A DNA stretch of 64,000 nt from Flavobacteriales bacterium. GTDB lineage: Bacteria > Bacteroidota > Bacteroidia > Palsa-965. The translations under genes and the position numbers were made by a program. Numbering within the stretch: position 1 is the first letter of the stretch; each line of letters opens with the position of its first letter. A model generated the notes under the pieces. That model ran no database searches. It had not been told where the DNA came from and saw only the letters and a list, made by a program, of their open reading frames with translations. Below are positions 39,360 through 50,160 of this stretch, piece after piece. The DNA lies in contig JBEIPA010000008.1 in the NCBI GenBank assembly GCA_040377305.1, positions 128,001 through 192,000 of the forward strand, in the 5' to 3' direction.

Positions 39360-40049
39360 ATGAGTACTACTGTTTCCAACGCACCACAGATTCACGAATC
39401 GTGGAAAGCTGCGCTAAATATCGAGTTTGCGAAACCCTATTTCGCGGAACTCAAGCAATTTCTTCTGGAAGAAAAACAGCAATTTCCGGTGTATCCTCCA
39501 GGTCCGCTCATTTTCAATGCATTCAATCACACGCCATTTGAAGACGTGAAAGTGGTGATTCTCGGACAAGATCCTTATCACGGAAACGGTCAGGCGAACG
39601 GAATGTGCTTTTCAGTTTCACAAGGAATCAAGCATCCACCTTCCCTCGTGAATATTTTCAAGGAGATGCAGAAAGATCTGAATGTACCTTATCCGAAAAC
39701 TGGTGACCTGACTGGTTGGGCAAAGCAAGGTGTGTTGCTTATGAACACAACGTTAACCGTGCGTGAAGCAACACCAGCATCGCATCAAGGTCGTGGCTGG
39801 GAAGAATTCACTGATTCTGTGATTCGCAATCTGAGTGAGAAACGAGAAGGAATTGTTTTCATTTTGTGGGGACGTCACGCGCAGAATAAGAAACCACTGA
39901 TTGATATCAGCAAGCATCATATTCTGGAAGCGGCACATCCGTCTCCGTTCTCTGCGAATGGATTCTTCGGTTGTCGCCATTTCTCGAAGGCGAATTACTA
40001 TTTGATGCAAAACGGACAACAGCCAATCAACTGGATCGCACTTGGGTAG
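39360..40049 (+). CDS. ung: Uracil-DNA glycosylase
   Basis: GQDPYH, PPSLVNI, HPSPFS. Confidence 0.97.
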   Translation: MSTTVSNAPQIHESWKAALNIEFAKPYFAELKQFLLEEKQQFPVYPPGPLIFNAFNHTPFEDVKVVILGQDPYHGNGQANGMCFSVSQGIKHPPSLVNIFKEMQKDLNVPYPKTGDLTGWAKQGVLLMNTTLTVREATPASHQGRGWEEFTDSVIRNLSEKREGIVFILWGRHAQNKKPLIDISKHHILEAAHPSPFSANGFFGCRHFSKANYYLMQNGQQPINWIALG

Positions 40050-40101
40050 TGAACATGCCGAAGCGCTCAGTACTATACGATCATAATTTACACATCAGGA
40101 T

Positions 40102-41601
40102 ATGTTAAGCATTCAGAAAGTTGTGGCTTTGCTTGGAGAAGATCATCTCCGGGAATTTCGCGACTATCTGAAAAAGAATGGTGCTGAATTGCCTCTCAAA
40201 CTGGTTGATGCCGTTCACACACACGGATGGAAAGAAGCCGACTCCGATGAGCTGTGCAAAATGATTTACGGTAAAGCAGGCGCACAAGAGAAGAGAAAGT
40301 TCTTTCAGCTCGCTCACCACACATTTAAGCTCACCGGTTTTCTCAGCCGGAATTACCCTTCGTACTTACAACATAACGTTGGCAAGATCGAAGTTCTGGT
40401 GAATTCAGGAAATCTGAAAGATGCAAACGTGCTGGCGGAAGTTCTCGTTGACATTGCAGAGAAAATTGAAGACTTTTCTACGTCGCGATCGGTGTTGCAG
40501 TTTCTTGCGCAACAATCGAACGTCCGCGAGAAAAAGACAGAATCTGTCCGTTTCCTCGAGACCAATTCACGTGTGATTGATTCGGAGAAAGCCCTCAACG
40601 ATATTCATCTTTACCTGAGAAGTTATCTTCACTTCAAAGACAAAACTTCCGGTGACGATCTTGTTGCAGAGAAACATCTTTCCTACTTCAAGTCGTTTCA
40701 GCAGCACACTTCTTTTGCAGTTCGCATTCTGAGTCGTTATGCCTGGTGCTATGCAATGGATTTCATGAACGACGAGCGTTTCTATTCGCAGGAGATGCTG
40801 GACGAGCTGAATAACATCAGTGATGAGCTGGAGAAATCGCCGTATGTAATTTTCTCCTTCACCGATGATATTGAACTCAATGTTGATTACCTGAAACTGA
40901 AACTGCTCATTTCCTGGGTAGAGAAAGATGAGTTGCAGAAGATTGCATCCACGCTGCTCAAGAAAAGAGAAACACCGAAATTCTGGCGCAACTATCTTAA
41001 CTCCGCACAGATTGCTTTCATCAGCATTCAAACCAGCTTGCTTGCGAGTAATTACGGTTTCTGTTACCGCAAAGGCTGGTACGAAAGCCGAAGCAACGAA
41101 GTAGCAGAAGAAATTGCGCTGTATAAAAAGTCCTGCGAAGAAATTCTGGCGAATCCGATGTGGGAAGAAGAAAGCCTGCATGTGCGCTATATCAACATCA
41201 GCAATATTTTCTGTTGCTTGTTGTTGATGAATAGCTACGAAGATGTAAAACGTGTTCCTCCGCTCATTGAAGGATTACTGTTCAACTATCAGCAGGTTGC
41301 ATTTCACAGAATGTACGATCAGATTTTCGCAACGTTGATTATGTCGTATTTCATTCTGGAAGATTACCAGAAAGTGCAGGAATGCTACAAGCGTTACGAG
41401 AAACTCACGGCGAATTCCACGAAGAACATGGAGAATGATCTTACGATTAAGGCGTACTACTATGCTGCACAGTGGATCAATTCAGGCAGAAAGCAGTACC
41501 AGGATAAGATGAATGCGCTGCTGGAAAAATCGGAGGGCGTGAAGAATCTGGAGAATGTTCGCTCGCTGGTGGTTGACATGAAAGAGTATTTCTCTTTCTG
41601 A
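40102..41601 (+). CDS. Hypothetical all-helical (TPR-like) protein
   Basis: 499-aa ORF with normal codon usage, helical pattern, no catalytic motif recognised. Confidence 0.7.
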   Translation: MLSIQKVVALLGEDHLREFRDYLKKNGAELPLKLVDAVHTHGWKEADSDELCKMIYGKAGAQEKRKFFQLAHHTFKLTGFLSRNYPSYLQHNVGKIEVLVNSGNLKDANVLAEVLVDIAEKIEDFSTSRSVLQFLAQQSNVREKKTESVRFLETNSRVIDSEKALNDIHLYLRSYLHFKDKTSGDDLVAEKHLSYFKSFQQHTSFAVRILSRYAWCYAMDFMNDERFYSQEMLDELNNISDELEKSPYVIFSFTDDIELNVDYLKLKLLISWVEKDELQKIASTLLKKRETPKFWRNYLNSAQIAFISIQTSLLASNYGFCYRKGWYESRSNEVAEEIALYKKSCEEILANPMWEEESLHVRYINISNIFCCLLLMNSYEDVKRVPPLIEGLLFNYQQVAFHRMYDQIFATLIMSYFILEDYQKVQECYKRYEKLTANSTKNMENDLTIKAYYYAAQWINSGRKQYQDKMNALLEKSEGVKNLENVRSLVVDMKEYFSF

Positions 41602-41612
41602 TTCTCGCGCAG

Positions 41613-41771
41613 ATGTTTTGCCCCTACAGGGCAATTTTCATTCCGGCGATCATTTTTTGTATGCATGTTTGGCCTCGCTGAGGCCATCGTGAAAAATAGG
41701 CTCCATAGGAGCCAAACATGCATACAAAAAATGACCAAGACCCGTAGACTTGCCCTGTAGGGGCAAAACAT
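41613..41771. mobile_element. 159-bp REPIN-like nested palindrome
   Basis: Perfect 22-bp outer IR ATGTTTTGCCCCTACAGGGCAA; perfect 24-bp inner IR TCATTTTTTGTATGCATGTTTGGC; four GC mini-hairpins. Confidence 0.8.
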
Positions 41772-41777
41772 GTGAAT

Positions 41778-42368
41778 TCAGGATTCGCCACGATCCATCC
41801 ACTTCTCTTCCGTCTTCACATCAAACGTCTTCATCTTCTCCATCAAGCCTTCAACTGTAGAATCAACAATCATCAGCTTGCGATTATTCGTGCTGAGAAA
41901 ACCTTCCTCCACCATCTTGTCCATTTGCGCCACTAGGTGATCCCAGTATCCATTCACATTCAGAATTCCTATCGGCTTGCGATGTAATCCCAATTGCGAC
42001 CACGTGAGCATTTCGAAAACTTCGTCCATGGTTCCGTAACCGCCGGGAAGGACAATTACTCCATCGCACAAGGTTTCCATTTTCGCCTTTCGTTCGTGCA
42101 TGGATTGTACCACGTGTATTTCAGTAAGACCGCTGTGACCAACTTCTTTCACGTTGAGAAAATCAGGAATAACGCCGATCACCTTTCCGCTTGCTGCGAG
42201 AACTGTATCCGCAATGATTCCCATGATACCGATTGAGCCGCCACCGTACACGAGTGTTTGATTATTCTTTGCGAGATAATTTCCGAGTTCAATGGCAGCG
42301 TCGCGGTAAATGGGTTTGTTGCCAGCGTTGGCACCGCAATAGACGAGGATGGATTTTAGATCGCGCAT
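41778..42368 (-). CDS. LOG family protein (TIGR00730-type)
   Basis: VYGGG, MHERK, LPGGYGTMDEVFE. Confidence 0.93.
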   Translation of the reverse strand: MRDLKSILVYCGANAGNKPIYRDAAIELGNYLAKNNQTLVYGGGSIGIMGIIADTVLAASGKVIGVIPDFLNVKEVGHSGLTEIHVVQSMHERKAKMETLCDGVIVLPGGYGTMDEVFEMLTWSQLGLHRKPIGILNVNGYWDHLVAQMDKMVEEGFLSTNNRKLMIVDSTVEGLMEKMKTFDVKTEEKWMDRGES

Positions 42369-42381
42369 GGCTAAATGTAGC

Positions 42382-42414
42382 AAACCTTAAAGGTTTTAAA
42401 AACCTTTAAGGTTT
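42382..42414. repeat. 33-bp REP-like palindrome, copy 2
   Basis: Exact reverse complement of 32101-32133; followed by ACGCGCGCGCG. Confidence 0.85.
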
Positions 42415-42429
42415 ATACGCGCGCGCGAA

Positions 42430-44811
42430 CTAAAAATCTATCTGATAATAAAACAACGGCAAAAACCCAAGCTGATACTGTTCCTGAATCGGACTCTTTC
42501 CGGGAGTTGAACTCGGTGAATACGTCAAGCCAAGAATGTTCTTTTGCCCGGTGAGATTGAGCAAGTCAATTCCAACTTCGTGAGTGACCTTCTTCGCATT
42601 GTATTTCCAGACTACACGAACGTCGAGTCGGAAATACGGTGTGCTGAATTGCTGTGTATTGCGAAGAGAATCGATAAATGTTTCTTCGTTCTCCAATGCT
42701 GAAGCAACAGTATCTATTGGTGTGTACCAGCGTTTGCCAGCCATGGTAACTTTTGTCCCGAACTGAAGTGTTTGCTTTTCTCCAATCTGGAATTCATAAG
42801 CACCGAGCAAGTTCATTGCATAACGCGTGTTGAAATCTGTATCGCGGGTGATTCCGTCGCTACCCGTGTATTTGGCATCGAACACAGAAGCTGTATACAT
42901 GAAGAAGAATTTCTTGCTGAAGAATTTTTCGAGTGTAAACTCAACACCTACATTGCGGCCTGTTCCTGTATTCACCAATGTATCGGGGAAGAATCGGGAG
43001 AATCCGGATCCCTGGTTGAGCACCGAGAATGAAGATGATTTCTTCTCGACCGGAACGTTGTAGAGATACTGATAGTAACCCTCCACTTTCACGCGCATGT
43101 TGTTGCCGATGGTAAGATCATAACCAACAACGGAATGAATGCTCTTCATGAAGTCGACTTCCTTATTATGTAAACGTTTCAGTGAATCTCCTGCAACGTG
43201 CGTGTAGTATACATACGCGGGTAACATCTGGCTGTGCATTCCGCCCGCAACCTGTACAGATTGCTTGTCGGTCATCTGCCAACTTACGCTCAAGCGAGGT
43301 TCAACCGCCAGGCTTCCGTTCAACGTAAAATATTGTCCGTGAACACCACTGTTGATCGTCACTAAATCAGTTGGACGGAATTTCCACTGTACGTAAGGCT
43401 GAAACAACATCGAATTGCCTGTGTAGTCCTGTCGCACTTGCCATTCCTGTGAAACGAGGGAATAAATACTATCGTGCAGGTCGTTGATGTAAAGATCATT
43501 GAACATCCCCGCTTTGATTGTGTGTTTTGAATTCACACGAGTCAGGAAGTAGAAGTTGAACGAATATCGTTGTTCATTGTTTCTGTAACCCATCTTTGCG
43601 GTAATTGAATCGACTGCGAATGTTGAATCGCGCCACACGAGATCGTGATTCGCAGCCGAGTAACGTGCGCTACCTGCAACTACTCCACGGAAAAATGTTT
43701 TATCGCTGAGCGACTTTGCATACACAATTCCGCTGAAGCCCATTCCCGTTCGGAAATACTGATCGCGATTATCAACACCGTACAATTCATCGTTAGGTTC
43801 GGTGAGATCACTCACCCTGATATCGATCTTACTGTTTCCAGCTATTCCGAACCACGAGAGGTTTCCACCGTTCTTCAAGGGAAAATTCAGTTTGAAAGCA
43901 CCGTCCATGTAAGAAGGAACGGCTCCCGTACCAATTGGCATGTTCAGGGCCTCGAACATCTTCAGCGTTGAATAGCGATAGTTTACAAGAAACGACGAAC
44001 CTTTCTTTCTGTTCATTGGACCTTCTGCAGAAAGTTCTGTCCCAAGAAATCCGAATTGACCGTTGAACTCAAATTTCTCATTGTTACCGTTGCGCAATTT
44101 CAAATCGAATGCGGCTGCAATACTATTTCCGTATTCCGCCGAGAACGCGCCTGTGTAGAAATCTGAATTCGCGAGTACTTTATTGTTCAGCATGCTCACA
44201 GGTCCACCGGTAGTTCCTTCAATTGCAAAGTGATTCGGATTCGGAATATCGACTCCTTCTACTCTCCACAAAACTCCTGCTGGAGAATTTCCACGCACGA
44301 CTATATCGTTGCGGGAATCATTTGCTCCCTGCACACCCGCAAAGTTCGACGCCATACGCGCAGGATCGCCACGACTTCCTGCATAACGATTCGTTTCTTC
44401 TACCGAAAACATGCGGCCACTTCCCGCCCCCATTTCGTTGACTGTTCCGTCTTTCTTCTGTCCAACAATTACAACTTCATTTGTAGTTGCGACACTCATC
44501 TCCAATTCGAGATTGAGAATCGTTTCCTTTCCGGTATTCACAATCACGTTTGGAATCACTTGCATGAGATAACCCGTGAACTGCACCCGGATGGTGTATC
44601 GACCTACATCAACATTGTCAATTCGAAAATTGCCATCAACGTCTGCAGCCGCTCCGCCTTTCATGGTGGAGTCGCCGTACAATTGAACTACGGCTCCCAC
44701 AAGTGGTGCGCGCGTGTCCTTATCTAAAACTTGTCCGCGAACGGAAGACGTTCCTTGGGCGAATGATCCGATTGTGATCAACAGAAGGAGGAGCGTGCAG
44801 TGAATTCTCAT
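42430..44811 (-). CDS. TonB-dependent receptor with N-terminal carboxypeptidase-regulatory-like domain
   Basis: YAGSRGDPARMA, RNDIVVRGNSP, PNPNHF, EPR, ends YQIDF; start at ATG 44811. Confidence 0.92.
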   Translation of the reverse strand: MRIHCTLLLLLITIGSFAQGTSSVRGQVLDKDTRAPLVGAVVQLYGDSTMKGGAAADVDGNFRIDNVDVGRYTIRVQFTGYLMQVIPNVIVNTGKETILNLELEMSVATTNEVVIVGQKKDGTVNEMGAGSGRMFSVEETNRYAGSRGDPARMASNFAGVQGANDSRNDIVVRGNSPAGVLWRVEGVDIPNPNHFAIEGTTGGPVSMLNNKVLANSDFYTGAFSAEYGNSIAAAFDLKLRNGNNEKFEFNGQFGFLGTELSAEGPMNRKKGSSFLVNYRYSTLKMFEALNMPIGTGAVPSYMDGAFKLNFPLKNGGNLSWFGIAGNSKIDIRVSDLTEPNDELYGVDNRDQYFRTGMGFSGIVYAKSLSDKTFFRGVVAGSARYSAANHDLVWRDSTFAVDSITAKMGYRNNEQRYSFNFYFLTRVNSKHTIKAGMFNDLYINDLHDSIYSLVSQEWQVRQDYTGNSMLFQPYVQWKFRPTDLVTINSGVHGQYFTLNGSLAVEPRLSVSWQMTDKQSVQVAGGMHSQMLPAYVYYTHVAGDSLKRLHNKEVDFMKSIHSVVGYDLTIGNNMRVKVEGYYQYLYNVPVEKKSSSFSVLNQGSGFSRFFPDTLVNTGTGRNVGVEFTLEKFFSKKFFFMYTASVFDAKYTGSDGITRDTDFNTRYAMNLLGAYEFQIGEKQTLQFGTKVTMAGKRWYTPIDTVASALENEETFIDSLRNTQQFSTPYFRLDVRVVWKYNAKKVTHEVGIDLLNLTGQKNILGLTYSPSSTPGKSPIQEQYQLGFLPLFYYQIDF

Positions 44812-44951
44812 ACGGTGTGCTTTGTTTCGGTCAAATATAGAACACGCAGCTGTCGCGTCAAGACCACTTGAAATATCAGCAAAAGTTTTGAGATGAGTGG
44901 GCAGAATCTGCAAGTTAAGGTTAGCCCGATTTGCAAAATCTGCAAACGTAA

Positions 44952-45109
44952 ACCACATAGAATCATAGATATTTCTGTGTTTGCTAAGCGAGCCGAACAA
45001 GTTCGGCCGTCATAGAACACAAGAGATCATCAGCAAGCTGATGATACTCATGTGACCTATGTAGTTCTTGACTATCGCTAGAAAACAAAGGACTATGATC
45101 CTATGTGGT
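44952..45109. mobile_element. ~158-bp CATAG hairpin element, copy 3, arms A+B
   Basis: TIR ACCACATAGAATCATAG / CTATGATCCTATGTGGT; colinear with copy 1. Confidence 0.85.
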
Positions 45110-45113
45110 GAAT

Positions 45114-46142
45114 TTAGAAGCGGAAATTCTTAACAACATCCACGAAAAATTTCACCTTCTCTTTTTCGAGATCAGGATAAAGGCCGTGTCCAAGATTTGC
45201 AATGTGACGATCAGGTCCGAATGCGCGCAGCATTTTTTCTGTCTCCGACTTGATGGTATCGAAATCGGCATACAGCAAACATGGATCTGCATTGCCTTGT
45301 AAAGTTTTTCCGTTGCCAATGAGCTTGCGCGATTCTGCAATGTCCATAGTCCAGTCGAGACCGATGGTGTTGCATTTTAGTTGCGACAATTCCTGTCGAA
45401 CGAAGAATGCATCCTTCGCGAAAACGGTGATTGGTGCGTACCCATGAAGTTCGTCGCAGATTCGTGCAATTGCGGGAAGTGCAAATTGTTTGTACTGAGC
45501 CGGAGAAAGGACGCCTGCCCATGAATCGAAAATCTGAAGCATGTCGGCACCCGCTTTCACTTGTGCTTTGAGATAGTGAATCGTACTCTCCACAATTTTC
45601 TCAAGCAACATTTCGGCAAGTCGAGGCTCCGTATATAAAAACTTCTTCGCTTTCGAGAATGTTTTTGATCCGCTTCCTTCAACCATGTATGCGAGTAACG
45701 TCCAGGGCGCTCCGGCAAAACCGATCAAAGGAACTCTGTTTGAAAGAGCAGCTTTGGTTAGACGAATTGCATCACACACATACGAAAGATCATCTTCACC
45801 ATTCGCAACACGCAATTTATTGATGTCCGCTTCACTCTTAATTGTATTCTCAAACCACGGACCTTTCGCTTCCACCATGGTGTAAGGAAGACCCATTGCT
45901 TCCGGAATCACAAGGATATCCGAGAAAATAATTGCTGCATCAACACCGAGAATGTCGACCGGTTGTACAGTTACTTCACACGCGAATTCAGGAGTTTTTA
46001 CGAGTTCAATGAATCCACCCATCTTCGCTCGTACTTCGCGGTATTCAGGTAACACACGTCCTGCCTGACGCATTAGCCAGACTGGAGTTCTTTCCGTTTT
46101 TTCACCGCGTGCTGCACGAAGAATGAGATCGTTTTGTAACAT
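45114..46142 (-). CDS. hemE: Uroporphyrinogen decarboxylase
   Basis: [30 protein letters not shown]. Confidence 0.97.
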   Translation of the reverse strand: MLQNDLILRAARGEKTERTPVWLMRQAGRVLPEYREVRAKMGGFIELVKTPEFACEVTVQPVDILGVDAAIIFSDILVIPEAMGLPYTMVEAKGPWFENTIKSEADINKLRVANGEDDLSYVCDAIRLTKAALSNRVPLIGFAGAPWTLLAYMVEGSGSKTFSKAKKFLYTEPRLAEMLLEKIVESTIHYLKAQVKAGADMLQIFDSWAGVLSPAQYKQFALPAIARICDELHGYAPITVFAKDAFFVRQELSQLKCNTIGLDWTMDIAESRKLIGNGKTLQGNADPCLLYADFDTIKSETEKMLRAFGPDRHIANLGHGLYPDLEKEKVKFFVDVVKNFRF

Positions 46143-46154
46143 AGTGCAAAGGTA

Positions 46155-46188
46155 GTGAGACGACAGACTGGAGACGGGGGACGGGAGT
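46155..46188. repeat. Solo arm of the GAGACGG heptamer family
   Basis: GAGACGACAGACTGGAGACGGGGGACGGGAG, nearly identical to 62226-62249. Confidence 0.6.
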
Positions 46189-46258
46189 AAAAAGTTGTGA
46201 GATATATTGGAAATCATTGACGCCCTTGTGACAATTCGTAAAACGAATAACTTTAAGC

Positions 46259-46510
46259 ATGCTCACACGAATCAGACCCAAACACGTTATGATCTTTGGT
46301 ATTGTTGCCATGCTGTGCGGAATTGGAATTTACGCCTTGTGGAATCACACAGAATTGCCTCGTGGCTTTCGCAGATCAGATTTGGGCAAGTGGATACGAA
46401 AAGACCTTGGGCGATATTGGATTTGCGGAATCTATTTCTTTGGTGGGCTGGTAGCTTTCCTGCGTGGATATATGGGAATGCGGGTAGAAGAACGCACTCG
46501 TATTCGCTAA
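46259..46510 (+). CDS. Small two-TM membrane protein
   Basis: 83 aa, two hydrophobic segments; TAACTTTA promoter-like motif just upstream. Confidence 0.5.
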   Translation: MLTRIRPKHVMIFGIVAMLCGIGIYALWNHTELPRGFRRSDLGKWIRKDLGRYWICGIYFFGGLVAFLRGYMGMRVEERTRIR

Positions 46511-46612
46511 CTCTGACGATTTAACGATTCTGGAAGCAAGTCGTCGGTTTTGGGGATTGGAAATATGTGATTTTATTAATTTCACAACACCGATACCTAA
46601 ACAAACCTGAAA

Positions 46613-48844
46613 ATGAAATTCCGCTTCTTACTTTCTCTATTCGTAACCCACTTTCTTTCTACATCTGCTCTTGCGCAATTGCCTTTTGAATGGGCGACGA
46701 GCACAGGCTCATCAAATACCATGTTCCGCGATGATGGTAATGCGATTACGACAGATGCATCGGGCAACGTATATGTTACCGGAACATTTGCCGGAGCAAC
46801 AGATTTTGATCCGGGCCCGGGAACATACAACCTAACTCCGGCTGGCACCGCAGACGTGTTCATTCAGAAACTGGATGCAGCGGGCAATTTTGTGTGGGCC
46901 ATCAACTTTGGTGCAGCAACAACCGTGCACGACGCAGGCTATGAAATTAAAATCGGACCGGACGGAAATATTTACACCTCAGGTTTATTTAACAACACCG
47001 TCGATTTTGATCCCGGTATGGGTGTGTACAATATGACCGCTAATGTTGTTGGTGGATCAGATGTTTACCTGCTGTGCCTAGATGCGAATGCAGGATTTCT
47101 TTGGGCTGCACGCTTTGGCGGAACCGGTGGTGGTGAACACATTTACACAATCACATTTGACGACGACAGCAACCTCCTTGCCGGTGGCGATTTTCAGGCG
47201 ACCGTTGATTTCAATCCCGGTGCAGGAACATACACCCTGACATCATTCGGCTCATACGATGGCTTTGTATTGAAACTCGATCTCGCCGGCAATTTCATTT
47301 GGGCAGGACGGATCGGTGGTTCCGGTGGAAGCGAAGTCGTAAATGAAATAGCAACCGACAGTGCAGGGAATGTGTACACCAGCGGCACATTCGAAGGCCT
47401 CACTGATTTTGATCCAACAGTTGGAGTATCGAATCTTGCGTCTGATGGAAACGGAGAACCGTTCCTCGCCAAATGGACAGGCAACTGCACGTTGGTGTGG
47501 GCGCGACAGATCAGAGGCATTCCGAATGCGAACGGCACTTCAATTGCAGTGGATGCAGCCGGGAACGTGTACGGTACAGGTCGCTTTTGGGGAATCTCCG
47601 ATTTCGATGGAGGTCCGGGAACAGCTACTACTGCATGGCATGGCGACTATGACATTTACGTGATCAAACTCGACCCTGCAGGTTTATTTCGCTGGGCAGT
47701 CGGCATCGGTTCAACCACTGAAGATTATGGAAGACGTTTAACGCTGGATGAAGAAGCAAACATTTACGTTGCCGGATATTTCACTGGTACCGTAGACTTT
47801 GATCCAGGTGCGGGCACGACAAGTTTGTCCGGCCCAGGTGCATCCTACGATGCGTTTCTGTTAAGTCTTGATTCCGCCGGTAATTTCTTATGGGCAAAGG
47901 ATCTCAGCGGAACCGGCAGTGTTCAGATCTTTGATATACATCGGGATGAAGCGGGAAGCATTTATACTACCGGTGTCTTCGGCATCACCACGGATTTCGA
48001 TCCAGGCGCAGGAGTTTTCAATCTCACCTCGAATGGAGGAGGAGATTTCTTCGTTCAGAAATATTACGAGTGCAACAATGCTGGATATACGATCAGTCCC
48101 GTGACCTGCGATAGTTTTACTTCACCAAGCGGACTGCACGTATGGAATACTTCAGGCGTGTATTACGACACGATTGTGAATCCTGCAGCATGTGATAGTG
48201 CACAATACACTATAGTCGTCAATCTCACGATTACGCAACCGAGCTCGGGCACAATCAATCCGACTGCATGTGGAAGTTATCTTGCTCCGGACGGCGCCAT
48301 TTACAACATGAGCGGAACTTACACTGCAATAATTCCAAACGCTGCCGGATGTGACAGTACAATCACAATAAACTTAACGATTGAAACTGTGGATGTTTCT
48401 ATCACGCAAAACGGATTGACACTAACCTCCGGAGCAAGCGGCGCGCAATATCAGTGGATCAATTGCAGCAACAACTCCGCAATTCCCGGAGCAACCAATC
48501 AGAATTACACAGTAACGGTGAACGGTAACTACGCGGTTGTGGTGACACAGAATAATTGCACCGATACATCCGCTTGCTTCCTCGTAAATAGTGTTGGAAT
48601 TGATGACGCATCTCAAGCTGCAGTGAAGGTTTATCCGAATCCGGCTGGAGACGTTTTGAATGTTGAGTCGTTTGGGTACGGTTTACTCACGCTGGTGAAT
48701 GTTGCCGGAGAAGTTGTGTTTACTACATCGATCACCAAAACAAATACCCAACTTGATGTAACCGGATTACCAAATGGAATCTACTTCCTCCAGATTAACA
48801 GTGCGCAAGGAATCGCAGTACGTCAGGTGGTTATAGCCCGATAA
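46613..48844 (+). CDS. SBBP beta-propeller repeat protein with T9SS CTD
   Basis: Repeats of D.SGNVY.TG.F...DFDPG.G...D.F..KLD..GNF.WA; GCDS repeats; YPNPA...GIYFL CTD. Confidence 0.9.
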   Translation: MKFRFLLSLFVTHFLSTSALAQLPFEWATSTGSSNTMFRDDGNAITTDASGNVYVTGTFAGATDFDPGPGTYNLTPAGTADVFIQKLDAAGNFVWAINFGAATTVHDAGYEIKIGPDGNIYTSGLFNNTVDFDPGMGVYNMTANVVGGSDVYLLCLDANAGFLWAARFGGTGGGEHIYTITFDDDSNLLAGGDFQATVDFNPGAGTYTLTSFGSYDGFVLKLDLAGNFIWAGRIGGSGGSEVVNEIATDSAGNVYTSGTFEGLTDFDPTVGVSNLASDGNGEPFLAKWTGNCTLVWARQIRGIPNANGTSIAVDAAGNVYGTGRFWGISDFDGGPGTATTAWHGDYDIYVIKLDPAGLFRWAVGIGSTTEDYGRRLTLDEEANIYVAGYFTGTVDFDPGAGTTSLSGPGASYDAFLLSLDSAGNFLWAKDLSGTGSVQIFDIHRDEAGSIYTTGVFGITTDFDPGAGVFNLTSNGGGDFFVQKYYECNNAGYTISPVTCDSFTSPSGLHVWNTSGVYYDTIVNPAACDSAQYTIVVNLTITQPSSGTINPTACGSYLAPDGAIYNMSGTYTAIIPNAAGCDSTITINLTIETVDVSITQNGLTLTSGASGAQYQWINCSNNSAIPGATNQNYTVTVNGNYAVVVTQNNCTDTSACFLVNSVGIDDASQAAVKVYPNPAGDVLNVESFGYGLLTLVNVAGEVVFTTSITKTNTQLDVTGLPNGIYFLQINSAQGIAVRQVVIAR

Positions 48845-48900
48845 ACCTTCATCCGGAATGCGTACCGATTCTTTATCTTCGCAGAACTAAATTTCAAGCT

Positions 48901-50118
48901 GTGAATCATTCGTTCGATGTAGTTGTAGTTGGCGGAGGTTGCGTAGGCCTCGCCGCTGCATATAAAATCAACACGCGTTATCCTCACCTCAAAGTTGCTG
49001 TACTGGAAAAGGAAGATCATTTATCTCCTCATCAGACCGGACACAACTCGGGCGTAATTCACTCCGGCATTTATTACAAACCAGGTTCATACAAAGCGAA
49101 ACTGTGTGTGGAAGGACGGCGCGAATTAGTTGCATTTGCCAAAGAGCACAACATTGCACACGATATCTGCGGTAAGATCATTGTCGCGACTCACGAAAGT
49201 GAAATAGCGCACATGACCAAAGTGTTCAACAACGGGAAAGCAAATGGCGTGGAAGACATTGAGCTCATCGATGCAAAACGTATTAAAGAAATCGAACCCT
49301 TTGTTGAAGGCATTGCCGGAATCTGGGTTGGATGCACCGGCATTATTGATTTTCCCGGAGTAACACGAAAACTTGGTGAACTCCTTGAGAAGAATTTTCC
49401 GGGAAGCAAAGTCTTCACCAAAACAGAAGCCAAAGATTTCGAACACAAGGGTGCAACAACAGATATACTCACGAACAACGTAACGTTCACAGCGAAGTAC
49501 ATTGTGACTTGTGCAGGATTGCAGAGCGATCGCATTGCGAAGAAAGAAGGAACGAAGTCGGATGCGGCTATTGTTGGTTTCCGTGGAGACTATTACGATC
49601 TCACGGAAATCGGAATGAAGAAAGTGAAGAACCTGATTTACCCTGTGCCGAATCCGAAATACCCTTTTCTCGGTGTTCACTTCACTCGCATGGTTCACGG
49701 AGGCGTTGAGTGCGGACCCAATGCAGTTTTCGTTTTCAAACGCGAAGGCTACAAGAGAACTTCATTTAGTTTACGCGATACACTATCCGCTTTCACTTTC
49801 TGGGGCACGTGGAAATTCTTCGCGAAGAACATGAAGTTCGGTCTTGATGAATACCGTGGTGCATTCTCGAAGCGCTACTTTCTGAAACGTTTGCGTACAC
49901 TCATTCCGTCATTGCAATCGGAAGATATTGTTGCATCACGCAGCGGCGTTCGTGCAATGGCGCTTTCTCCGGAAGGAAATATGCTCGACGATTTCAAGAT
50001 TGAACATCGCAACAATGCGATTCACGTATTGAATGCTCCTTCTCCTGCAGCGACTGCTTGTCTTTCCATCGGAAAAGCGATTGAAGAGATGGCGACGGAG
50101 AAGTTCGGCTTAAAATAA
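48901..50118 (+). CDS. lhgO: L-2-hydroxyglutarate oxidase
   Basis: GGGCVG, HQTGHNSGVIHSGIYY, YPVP...FLGVHFT, NAPSPAATA. Confidence 0.93.
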   Translation: MNHSFDVVVVGGGCVGLAAAYKINTRYPHLKVAVLEKEDHLSPHQTGHNSGVIHSGIYYKPGSYKAKLCVEGRRELVAFAKEHNIAHDICGKIIVATHESEIAHMTKVFNNGKANGVEDIELIDAKRIKEIEPFVEGIAGIWVGCTGIIDFPGVTRKLGELLEKNFPGSKVFTKTEAKDFEHKGATTDILTNNVTFTAKYIVTCAGLQSDRIAKKEGTKSDAAIVGFRGDYYDLTEIGMKKVKNLIYPVPNPKYPFLGVHFTRMVHGGVECGPNAVFVFKREGYKRTSFSLRDTLSAFTFWGTWKFFAKNMKFGLDEYRGAFSKRYFLKRLRTLIPSLQSEDIVASRSGVRAMALSPEGNMLDDFKIEHRNNAIHVLNAPSPAATACLSIGKAIEEMATEKFGLK

Positions 50119-50160
50119 TGTGCTAATCTGCTTCCGCCGCGGCGGAGGGTTAATGTGCTA

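Noticed and set aside
44812-45000. N-terminal extension of the TonB-dependent receptor in the ORF track
   Set aside because: Runs through a hairpin element and promoter region; the signal peptide starts at ATG 44811.
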